A stretch of 64,000 nt of DNA from assembly GCA_965112155.1 (NCBI GenBank), contig OZ218101.1, one strand, 5' to 3'. Each line of letters begins with the position of its first letter. The first letter of the stretch is position 1. The translations under genes and the position numbers were made by a program. The notes under the pieces were generated by a model, which ran no database searches, had not been told where the DNA came from, and saw nothing but the letters and a program-made list of their open reading frames with translations. Source of the stretch: Podarcis liolepis. Its lineage: Eukaryota. Shown here in pieces: positions 1-12,700 of the stretch.

Positions 1-651
1 CCCAAGTAGTAACAAATGTTCTCCTATGACTAACACAACACCTTAGTTCAATGAGGGAAAGGTGGGGAAGAAACACATGCAAGGGCCAACTGAGGTTGGG
101 AAGAAAACATTACTTTCTAGCCCCATCAGTCAGTGACCCAAGCAGTCTAGTGAGGTACTAACACGGACAGGTGGGTGAGTGGGAAGCTCATGGGGCAAAA
201 TGGCCCCAACTCTTATGTGTGTGGCCTTTTAAAGGCCTCCACCCCTCCTTCCTTCAAGATATTAAGAGAGAACAATGGGGAGACATGACTCCACCATACC
301 CATTGATTTCTAGGCCACACACTGCCAGGCACAGTCACTCCATGCACAGATCATGCTCAGGACGCTTACAGTAGCAATAATAATCACACATAGATATAAC
401 TATAGAGGGCATTATTTAAAGTCTTCAGCTCTTTACATGCTTAGTTCATTTTTGCTTATGGGCACATTCTCACATTACCTTGGAATGTTTTGAAGTCACC
501 ACATTTACAATGTCATTTCTATGCTGTTAGTATTATGCTTATAGATACCCTTGCATTATAAGAACTTATAAATTCCACAGCTAAAGCAGTTCTCATTAAA
601 TGTAGAAAAGCTAATCAAACAAGAAGGAAAAAATGTGTTTTGTTCTCCTAC

Positions 652-795
652 CGTAATTACACATTCGGAAGTTGGCTTAAACATGAGGGTGTATGGAGTT
701 GTTTCACCTGGGGCAACGTATATAAGTGGGGGACCATAAAAACAGCATCCTTTTAAATGAGCTTTAAGTTTCCAATCTTGTTGACTCATGTTAGT
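652..795 (-). CDS. CFAP47: CFAP47 exon 25 (TNMSQQDWKLKAHL...FYGPP...YTLMFKPTSECVIT), phase 0 to 0
   Basis: ctgtttcag acceptor, ACG|gtagga donor, 144 nt. Confidence 0.92.
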
Positions 796-3700
796 CTGAA
801 ACAGAAGGGGATCCAAATGAAATATCTAAAGGTACAATGAATATCAGTGATTAAGGATGAAGGGGTGAAGCAGAAGTCCTTGTGGGAAATATAGGTTTTG
901 AATAAAGGCGCATGATCTATACAGTTATCTAGTACTGTCTCCTAAGAAATGTTAACTGGTGGGAGTTCTCAGAAGAAAGCTTTCCCCTCCTTCTCCCCGC
1001 TGTAGCCACCAGTGTCTTCTTCAAGCCTCTTGAGAGTGGGAGTTAAAGGAACCCTCTTAAACAATGTGGGATATTGGAGGCTGCTGGAGGAAGGATAAAT
1101 ATATTTATCTATTTTATTAAATTTATATACCACCCTTCACTGAAGATCTTAGGGTGGCTCTCAACATAAAGTTATGTCCAGTCCATTAGGTCCAGTCGTG
1201 ACCGACTCTGGGATTGCGGCGCTCATCTCGCTTTACTGGCCGAGGGGGCCGGCGTACAGCTTCCGGGTCATGTGGCCAGCATGACTAAGCCGCTTATGGC
1301 AAACCAGAGCAGCGCACAGAAACACCATTTACCTTCCCGCCGGAGCGCTACCTATTTATCTATTTTGACTTTGACATGCTTTCGAACTGCTAGTTTGGCA
1401 GGAGCAGGGACCGAGCAACGGGAGCTCACCCCATCGCAGGGATTCAAACCGCCGACCTTCTGATCGGCAAGTCCTAGGCTCTGTGGTTTAACCCACAGCT
1501 CCACCCACATCCCTTTTGGTTCTCAACATAAATGACCCCAAATCAATCAGAGGTTTGCCCAGTTTGGAGGCATTCTCTATCAGCAGCTCAACTCTCCCCA
1601 TTTCTCAGGAGGACTCATCCCAACTTTCCAGAGAGGCTTGAAGAGTGCACAGGTGGCAGGGAAGGGGAGAGAAAGGGATGGAAAACTTCCCTTCTATAAC
1701 TTCCTTGAGCTAACTTATTTTAAGATAAGCCTATGTCTTTTTCTACCATTTTTAGTAGAATAATACATTTGTGGCCAAGAGATATAGAAGGTAATCTGTG
1801 TAAAGATTAACTTAATGCAGGAAGAACTCTCATCCCTGCTTTCCACCTCTATATACACATATTTATGTGTTTGCTCAGTCAGCAGTTTTAACCCAGTAGC
1901 GACCAGCCTTATTTAAATCTTGGATGAAGCTAAATGGACATACTATTGGAATGTCTTGAGTCACTGCTTGATATGCTGGAGTGACAAACTCTAGCTCAGC
2001 CTCGGCAGTATTTGTATTCACCACACATTCTATATGAAAGAGTCGGACATCATACTTCGACTGAAGAAGAATCTTACAAGGATATCGGCCAGGATACTTA
2101 GGGGAAAATTTTATAGGAAGCTCAACTTCTGCAACTTCTGTGGGGAGAAAATAAACATTGTTAGTTTAAATATTGTAGAAAGCTCAACTGCAGCATCTTC
2201 TGCCAGGAGGGAAGAGGGATAAGTANNNNNNNNNNNNNNNNNNNNNNNNNNNNNNNNNNNNNNNNNNNNNNNNNNNNNNNNNNNNNNNNNNNNNNNNNNN
2301 NNNNNNNNNNNNNNNNNNNNNNNNNNNNNNNNNNNNNNNNNNNNNNNNNNNNNNNNNNNNNNNNNGCCTAAAATTGTCAATGTAACTTTATTAATATGAT
2401 TAGACACTTGCATCTATATGGAAAATGGACCAGAATTTGAGGGCAACCTGAGTTAGTTAATTTCACAACTATCACATAAAAAGCACCTCAACTGCAATTA
2501 GGAATTAGAACAAAAATTAATTGGCTTCTGCTAATAGCCTCCCTGTCCCTGCTCTTTATATTTATGCAGCTATCAACCTACCAACTATAGATTGGGGTTT
2601 ATACCATGGGCTTTATTCCTTCTATTTAGAAATAATCATCTGAACACAGTTAAGACCATTAAAATGTGATCCTAACATACATAATGCAAGACAATGTACT
2701 ATCACTGAACAGCGACAAAAGAAAAATTCAAGTACTAATTTAAGAGCCTCACGTACCAAAAATACTGGCTTAACACACCACCTGCAACAGTATCTTTAAA
2801 TTTGCTGCAAATGAGTTGTCAGGACAGGGAGGCAGCACCTTTGAATACTGTATATATATATATATCCTTTTAGAGAACAAAAATCATCTTAGAGAATAAT
2901 TCTTACATGGAAAATTTGAGAGAAAATTGGAAAAGGTGTAAGGATTTGTAGCTGTGCATATCTGGTTGCCGTAAAGGTAAAGGGACCCCTGACCATTAGG
3001 TCCAGTAGCAGACGACTCTGGGATTGCGTGCTCATCTCGCTTTATTGGCCAAGGGAGCCGGCGTACAGCTTCCGGGTCATGTGGCCAGCATGACTAAGCC
3101 GCTTCTGGCGAACCAGAGCAGCGCACGGAAATGCCGTTTACCTTCCCGCTGGAGCGGTACCTATTTATCTACTTGTGCTTTGACGTGCTTTCAAACTGCT
3201 ATGTTGGCAGGAGCAGGGACCGAGCAACGGGAGCTCACCCCATTGCAGGAATTCAAACCACCGACCTTCAGATCGGCAAGTCCTAGGCTCAGTGGTTTAA
3301 CCTACAGCACCACCCACATCCGGTTGTCATAGTATACTTCAAAAAGCTTCTGGCAAAGCAGCTCACCAAAGACTCCTGAGGAAGCTTAGTAGTCAAGGAA
3401 TAAGAGGAGAGGTCTGCTTGTGGACCATGAATTCATTAAGCTGCAGGAAGCAAAAAGGAGTAGCCAATGCACCTTTCAGGCTTTAGGATTTACTCTGAGA
3501 ATAACACACTCAGGTGCTATACAAGTTCCTTTTTATTTTCTCCCATGAAGCAAGAAGTGGTTTTGTGCCCTGCAAAAGGGGGGGGGGGTAACACCTCCTC
3601 TGCATCACAGCCCCGGTATGATTGGGCTTCCTCTGCAGCTGTTTTTTTTAAAAAGTGGGAGATCCATATCATCATTATCAATCTCATCTAAATATCCTCA

Positions 3701-6700
3701 GCTCCTGAAGCTATGGCAGAGCCACTTCCAACTGGACTTCTCCACCCCAGCCCCAGTTACTACATGCTGCCCTGTGGGGAAAAGCTCAGGAGAGCAAGGG
3801 AAGCAGGCAAAAGAGACCGCCAACCCAACTCTTGCTGGATTAACCTCTTCCCACCACAACCATCTACCACCAACTGCCCTGTAAGAAGGATTCCAGGAGA
3901 GGTAAGCGGGCAGGCAAAGAAGTCATCAAGAGCCTTCTCTTGTCTGTCCCAGCTGGACTCTGCTCTCCCCACACAAGGCCATTCCAACACTGTCAAGTGG
4001 GAAGGAACCTGATGGCTTTATATTGTTTATTGCTTTTTTAAAAAAGTTGATGCTGTCAGTTGCCTTGGAAGGATTTGCATCCTGAATAGCAGGCTATAAA
4101 TAACTGTAATGAACAAATAGTATATTCATTGGCAATTTGATTTTCCTGTTATAAAATGGTGTTCAGTAGCAATTCAAGCCTTTACCAACTGGAAACTAAT
4201 TGATGCTACCATTGCCATGTCAATACTTTCCTTGAACTCTTTGTTATTGCTTAAAAAAAAACCCTCAAGTTCACAACAGGAATAGCACAGCATTGTATTA
4301 TGTGCCTCCAACATTAGCAGGCTATCAAACAGATTATAGCACCTCAGCTTCAAACCTCTCTGAAATAAATTAGCTTGTTCTCTCATAAAGACAAGATTAA
4401 TGACCTGCTAATTTATGAATTATTACCTCTTTTCTGTTTTGTCACCAAGTTATTATCCCCATCAGCTATCTTCCACAAAAATGTCCCACGTTTGTCAGTT
4501 ATACTAGTAATAAAACTCGCTCACTTATTCCTGGCTCATAAATATTTTTCCCCCAAATTAGATTGTAACTATCTCGTACCATTCACGCAGTACATGGGAA
4601 CACAGAAAATATCCACATTAGATCATTTTTCAATTTTTTGGTATATAGTTTAAGTATATTCAGTACCACAAGACAAAACTCACAATTCTTTTACACAAAA
4701 ATATTAGCAATACATTTTAGATAACATGCCTTTATTATCAGTATAGGTCTAATTTTCCTATGTGCTATTCTTTCTCCTGGGATTTGCATTTTGCAGAATT
4801 TACTGCACACCAGAAAACATCTTGGGCCAAGCTAAAGGCTGCTTTTCATGGTATGCTTGTATTCTGGTTTTGATACCCAAGTACAATTAAACACATATTT
4901 CCTATCAGTTTGTTAAGCATGACTTCCTGCATAGTATAAACATTCATCCTCAAAATAAATAGCAAAGGTCTTATCCTGGATTGGTTCACTACTTTCAAAT
5001 CTTTTGAAGAAGCACTGGAAGACAGCAAGTTGGTCCACCTTGTAGGGTTAGTTTTTAAACATACTGCAGAAAGCGCTGTCCAAAAGACTGCCACACCAAA
5101 TTAGGATGTCAAAGCAGATAATTTTGTGAATATCTGGCTCAATTGCAGGGGAGGTATTCACAAATCACACAAAGATCATTCTAGATCTAGAGGGACTTAC
5201 ACACCGGTAGCTGGATATTGTATAAGCTTAATTTCTAGCAGAACTAAGAAGTTGAAGATGTTATTCATTGAATTCGAGTTGATGTTTGTTGCTTTGTTAC
5301 AAACCCAAGGATTGGCTCCACTTGTGTTTTCTCCTGGTATATTACAACTGCCAAAATTATACTTAACAGAACAGCAGTCAAGAGGTAAAATTTAATTAAC
5401 ACAAGAACTGCATGCCCTCATTGCAAGCAATTTGTGGCCCATCCTGCACCCACTGTGCACAAGGAGAAGTAGCAGTAATATTTTTGTAAAGATGCCTGTC
5501 CCAATCTGGTAAGGAAGATTTGCACATGCAAGTGGCCTTCTATGTGTACTTCCATTGTTGATACCCATCTGAATGCACATCTCCTTCTGCATATGGTTCA
5601 CAATGCCTATTTATCCTACTGAACTGGTTGTACATGTCTTTTGATGCAATACTGAGATGTATATCTGCTTCTAAAGACACCAGTTCTGGCACATAACTAG
5701 ACATCCATAACACTGGTAGGCATCTCAAAAAGTCATATCTTAGTATGTATGTAAAACAAAATAGGCCACCCACAGAACACAACCAGAAGACAAAGAGGAT
5801 CACTGATAACATTGTGCTGGGGAGCAGGTTTAAAGCTCCAGGAAATTTCTGTGAAATAAAAGATTGCTCTGATTACACCAGACACTGAACCGAGGCAGAA
5901 TTCATAAGGCATATAGTGAAAACGATAACCTGTTCTTGAGTATAATATGAAGGCATATCTTTAGCATAGACATATGGAGAAGTTTTCAGAAAATTATGCT
6001 TTTTAGATAGTGTTATTAAATATGTAAATATTTATGTCTTCTGAATTGAGTAGTGGAAATAAATGTTAGTTCTAGCAACCATAGAAGTCAACATATTGTA
6101 AATGATTTGCTAGGCTAAGTAATGTGATGTGACATGACATTCTATCTTATTTGTAAGGATTAGTGGAGGATGTTTGGCTGTGTGGTCTGCTTTATTTTCT
6201 ACAAACTTTAGTGATGTGACAATCAACGGTGTAGCCCATGTCAAGGACTGGCTGGACAAAGATGAATGTGGGGGGCACCAGTCAGGGAACCCCCAAGGGA
6301 AACCCCAGAGGAGGAAGGCTCAGGACCAGGAGATTGGTGGTGGGACACCAAGGAGAGTTCAGGCGGAGAAGAGTTCAGACGCTGCTGAAGAATCCAGGGA
6401 GTCTCCCTCTCCCGATGCAACAGGCTCCCCTCCCCTCCTCCCTGGTCCCCAAGAACCTGCATAGTAATGTGAAAAGCAGAACAGAGGTCAGAAGTGTGAA
6501 GACTGCAATTTGAGACTGCTTGGGAAATGGCCGGGAGAGGAGGAGCCTTAGAGAAGTGTGGAAGGCAGGGACCTTCAGTCCTGTCAACTGCTCCATAGGG
6601 GCAAAACCTGCTGGGAAGTGTTGCTGAGACCACTAGGCTGAATGTATGCTCATTTCTTTGAATAGAGAGTTAACTTTACTGAAAACAGAGATGTGCTTCT

Positions 6701-9700
6701 TTTAGTGCTGCCCTGCGTCTGCCCTTGCTTTCTAATGAATGGGCCATTAGAGATGAAAAGCCATGGAGAGACAGAATTAAAAAGAAGATAGAATTAGCCA
6801 ATAGCTAATATCCACCCTTATTTTAGTTTCAGAGTATTGAACAGCTATTGATTAAGCATGAAAGCACAGCACACCCAAAGACAGAATGTAATTATTAAAA
6901 ATTTCATTTGAATTATTCAGGCACAAAATTAAAAAAATTAAGCATATTAAAATGATTAGTGCCTTAACAGTTCAATAGCACTTGCAAGCATCAAGTACAA
7001 AGCAAACTATTTAATCAGTCATTGGAATTGTAAGTTATAGAATTATTCACGTATATTTATAACTCCAAAGTCTAGCTGTCACTGTTGCCTTTTGACCTGA
7101 AAGATGGTCTGGTCTGCATCTGTACCTTTAATAGCAGTTTGACATGTATACATCAGCAGATAAAACTCTTCACATGGTACGAAGGTACCATAAGATGTCT
7201 GCATTTTAGAGTCATGGGAACAAGGTGCAGATTATTATTATTTTTAATGCCAACCATAATAGTTGTTCAAAGCTTCAGGAATTAGAACTCTATTCCCCTT
7301 ACTATATCTCATCAACATGCAGTTGTGGTTAACATAATGGCCAATTCTTCATTTTTGTGCTTATTATAAAAAAGGGCGTTTCGCTTCTTTGCTAAAAAGA
7401 TCCAGCTCAGTCTTGTAAGATGGAATTTTAATTTGGACTATATAGGCTAATATTTGTTTTCTGAAGCATTACATATAAGTAATTGAAGATAGCTTGGTAT
7501 ATCACATCCAGCTGGCAGTCTTTTACTTAATATGCACACAACTCAAACTCTATGAAGCCTAAACAGCAATAGCACCGATCCAAGCTACAAACTATTTAAT
7601 TAATGTATGAATACAAATGTGTGAGAAAATTGGTAAGAGTTACTTTTAAAAGAAAAGAAACAAGTATTTTAACACGTTAAAGATAAACCAATATTGTATT
7701 CTCTTCATAAAGGTTAAAAAAAGAAGGTAAAGGACTCCTGGACAGTTAAGTCCAGTCAAAGGTGACTATGGGGTTGCGGCTCTCATCTCGCTTTCAGGCT
7801 GAGGGAGCTGGCGTTTGTCCACAGACAGCTTTCCGGGTCATGTGGCTAACATGACTAAGCTGCTTCTGGTGCAATGGAACACCATGAAGGAAACCAGAGC
7901 GCACAGAAACACTGTTTACCTTCCCGCCACAGCAGTCCCTATTTATCTACTTGCACTGGTGTGCTTTCAAACTTCTAGGTACTACAATGGAGCACTTACG
8001 CAACAAAATCCAGTGAATTCCAAATTAGGTATCCTGAATATTTAAGCAACCAGGCAAACTTGAAATTACCTGCTTTCATTGTCACAGCTATGGTTCAATG
8101 ATCTTTAATTTGACCCCTAAGACACAAAGATGGCACAGACTGACAATGTGAAATATGCAGACAAATATGTAACAATATTTCCCTCAGGTACATGAAGAAA
8201 ATCATGTTGATGTCAAAATGAATCAAGGGCTCTTTTGAGATTCAGCAAGTGTGATAGCATCTTGTTGAAATACTGGTAAGCAATTCTGATACATTTTATT
8301 TTTATGTTAGCTTATTCAAAATATTTCCTAACAGATGGATACCAACAACAACATTGGTAAGATTTCCAGTAAACATGTTGATAATTAAAAGGTTTGGATA
8401 CCAAAATCAGTCACTGGCCTTTTTTGTATGATTATTCCACTACATATCCTGTATAATCAAAGCTGTTTGTCCCACATGCTCTGTTTGCTTCACTGGCACA
8501 AGCTTTTACTTACAAACCTCCAGTCCTTAAATTTCCAACCGTAAATTATTTTTTTCAGGCACAAATTCTTTTTGAAGAGCCTGAAAACCATCAACTAGAA
8601 AAAATTTACTTGAAGCCCAAGGAAAGGCTATAATCATGTAATAAAATCATTTTAAGTTGCATTATGCCATGAGTCCCCATGGAGATGTCATGGAGTGGGT
8701 GATCAGACCCCGAGGTCCTCCTTGGAAGACCTGGAGAGGGTTCCAACAGGGGTGGGGGATAGAGGATTCTGAACCTCAAAAGATGGATTGTGAACCCCAA
8801 GGTCCAAGTGGGTTAGAGGGTGGAAACCAGCCCTCTGAAGAAGATTCAGAAAACTATCAAAGTGTCTCCCATTACTGCCTTCCAGATACACACTTTCTGG
8901 GTTAGCCGAGTCTGTAACCTGAAGCGTATGTAACCTGAAGTGTATGTAACCTGAGGTACCACTGTACAGATATTGTTCCTCTCACTGGGCATCCCTTCCC
9001 AGTGAAGAACATCTGCAGTAAACAGGATGGTAAGATATATGAAGAATTTCAGAATTAGTATCAAGAGTTTTGTTATTGACAGTGGTAGTAGTAATTTACT
9101 AATCAGATGCTTGTCACCTCTTTCTTCTGCAGACCAAATATGTCCTTTCCCCTGGTGTGTAGGATGAATTCTGCTTGATGCCAACACAGGTATTTCTATA
9201 TTTCCAGGGCTTTCAAAATATTCAGGCATGCTCACTTCAACACTGTACTCAATATATTTTGTAAAAAATTTAGGAAAGTTGTGCAGCGCATCTTTCTGTA
9301 AATAAAAGAACAGTGTAGTTGAGTCTTAACACTGTTTTCATGCTAACTGCAAGTCAACGAGGAAGCGTGTAAAAGGTTCTGTGTACGCACCTAGATTTTT
9401 ATTTCCTTGTTTTTGCAGAATTACTTTCTTAATTATATTACAGAACTATCAAAATATTCTTCAAAATCTCCTATGTTTAAAAAGCCATTTGGGGGATTTG
9501 GTGGTGCAAATATAGTTTACTTTTTAGCTTCTGCCTGTAGGAATGCTGTATTTCCCATGGCACACACCAATTTTTCTTTTCAAGTGAAATGGATGATACT
9601 GTTCTTACTAAATTAGGTTGGTTGGAACAATTAAGGATGGGGGCTGGGCACAGACATGTCAAAAGAAACTGGATTATCTCGTGCATATGAATTGTGTTTC

Positions 9701-12700
9701 AGCTGGAATAGAGTCTGCTAGCCCAGGAACCACCATAGTTCTGATCCAACCCTGCTATTATGTGCTGAGATGCTTACTCCCAGGTTGGAGGTTACCTCTC
9801 AAAATCAAACTTTGGGCGTTTGGGCAGCTTTATAACATAATGGAGAAAACTGCATTACAAGATTGGTGCTCAGATAATCAGCTTGACAAAGGGGGCCTTT
9901 TCCAATCGTGCAGTATGTAGTCAAAGTGTTGCTTCCCTGTCAGCTTCAAAATGTAATGAACAAAGTACAATTATAAGATCTGCAGTCAATAATGTTCTTA
10001 CCTCAACTTGTGACAGACCTAAAGCTGCAACTGCAACTCGAACGCTGCTGCTCTCAAGTGTCCCAGTGACCTTTCTTCGCTCATACTCCAAAGCAGACAT
10101 CTGCTGTTGTGCTGCAAGAGCCAGAGCCTTTTCCCGAGCTTCATTCACGAGAGGGATCTTCAGCTTTTCTCGAAGCGTATTACCAACACAACATTTCAGG
10201 CAAAGCACTGGTTGTATTTCTCTGTCACCTGTAATAAACAAGAGCAAGAGGTAACATCAGCAACAGCCAACTAAGATTTTTGCTTCTACAGCACACCTGC
10301 ACCAGGCAGATGCTAAATTTGGTACCATAGCACCAATTGCTATGGCTTCCCAGAGCAAGAGCCCAAAAGCCTAGTGTTAGAAAAAGCTGACAAGGACAAC
10401 ACAACACAACACAAAAACTAGTGTTGCTAACTTTATTTCTCAGCAGGGCTCCTGTGCTTGTAACCCCTATGGTTCAACAAAATGCACCTGATAAATAAAG
10501 TGAAGGAATAAACTTCATTTCTCATGTCAAGCAACTACAAAGATACAGAAGTCCTGCCAGAAAAAAGTTAGCAATCTGAATTCCCATTTCTATTATGCAC
10601 TGGAATCATGGAAAAAACCAGCTTGAATCCACTTGTTTTCAAACTTGTTTTCAATTTATCAACTAAAACAGTTGAACTACAATGCTACTAAAACATTTTC
10701 TTCCCCTTTTAGCTGTCATGGTGGAAATAAGTCTTAATCTTATAACTCTTGATTTTCATTCCTTCACAGTAAGCAAAAATAAGTGACTAGGCAAAAAGAC
10801 ATTGATAGCATTACAGTTCAAGCTGCTGGTTTCATTCAAAAGCACAGCACGGAACAAATCTTGAGTATGTAAAAACTGAGTACAATTAAACAAAGATGGG
10901 TTTAGAGACTTTATATGCCCTATTGCCAAAGCTGTGTGTATCTATGGCCCAGTGGTGCTAAAGAAATGTAGCTATATTTCTTGTTGATACTACTGTCAGT
11001 ATATACTCCATTTTGGAGAAGCCTAGGGGCACACTGTCTCCGCAAGCATCAATCCCTTGCTGACAGGGCTGTTTGGCCCTCATTAAATGGACATGCAGGA
11101 GTATGTCTGAATCACAGGCCATGAAAGAAAGGTCACTTGTGCAGTAACTGTAGCTCTTCCAAGGTAATTTGCTGTTTGGATCCATGCAAAGTGAAGGAAG
11201 GCTATACAAGCTATTATCTTCAAGAATTACAATTACAGATAAGTAACCTTTTCTTCTCCTTTAACTATTGCCTGTTTGGGTTGCCAGGTCATCATCAACC
11301 AGTAATAAATCCAGATGGCAGAAAGGCTAGAGGATACTAATTGAACAAAAACCGCAAATTTGATTTTTGCAAGCGGAAGTAAGTCTAAATATAAAGAGAC
11401 CTGATAAAAAAAAAGCTAAACAGGTTCCCAGGCCTGAAATACTGTGAAGAATTACAGCATGAAGCTTTTTTATACCTTTAAGGGTACTTCATGTGGCTTT
11501 GATAAATGGTCAGAACAGAACTCTATACATCAAATTTCAATCCTTTGGAGTCTAGGAACATTCACCTGGCATAGTGCTCATATAAGCAGAGTCATAACCA
11601 TATGATACCAATATACAATGCTGAGACAACCAGGAAAGAAGCTGTAACTGATAATGATGTATGGAGAACACTGAAAATAATCCTTTGTTATTTGCACCAG
11701 TAGAGAGCAGGCATATGCAAGGATAAGAAATACGTGTGAGCAAGAAGTAATTTGTAATCCAAATAAAAATGTTTGACTACCATTTGAGGTACCAGAAAAA
11801 GAAACAATTATATATTCCAATGGCAGTTTTCTGATGCCTCCGCATTGCAAAATATTTCACTGCTTGTGAAATTTATTGTATCTAAAAGTTTAACGTGGGG
11901 GGGGGGAGATATTTTTATACCCCCACTCTACCTTCTAGCATGCTGCTAATGCACAGAACATTTGGACTATTCATTGGAAGTAAGCCTGAAGGCAATGGTA
12001 AATCACATGTTCCTTCCACCAGGTACACAAATTCCCCAATCTGAAACACAAGAACATATGCATTTCAATTTCGACAACAATCCATGCAGAACAAATTAGA
12101 AGCCTCTCAGACTATAAACAAACACAAATCCATTGCAGCAACATTGAAGCTTGACTTACAAGAATATTTCATACATTTGAGAGTCTTCGTTTTAAAGCCT
12201 CTTCATAAACTAAACTGGAAATACTACAAGGTATAATAAAATAAATCTAGTAATTCAACATTGGGTAGGAAAGAATTAGGACCAGAAGTATTTGTCATTA
12301 TTTAACTTGGGTGCCCTATCAATGCCATGAAAGCCATTTCCCCCATTGATTGCATCCATTATTTGCATGTAAGATGTGCTGTAATTGGCTTAACCCATTT
12401 GGACCTTTAAATGTTCATCAGTCCTTCAGTAGAGGACTTCAAGGATAGGTTTATCAACCTATTAGACTGATCTCATCGTACATTCTTTACTTGCTGGAGT
12501 CACAAAAAGAGAACTCGGTATTATTCCAACATATATAGTGGCATCCCATTCTAGAGCTCTAATCCTTGTAAAGTTAAGGCAATATTTCTGCCTTTATTAG
12601 GACAGTCTGGTCCCACTCATTAACTTTGAAATGCAGCTACAATTTAACAGACACCCAGAATTTATGGTTATACCTGTAGGCAATCTTGACACCTATAAAT

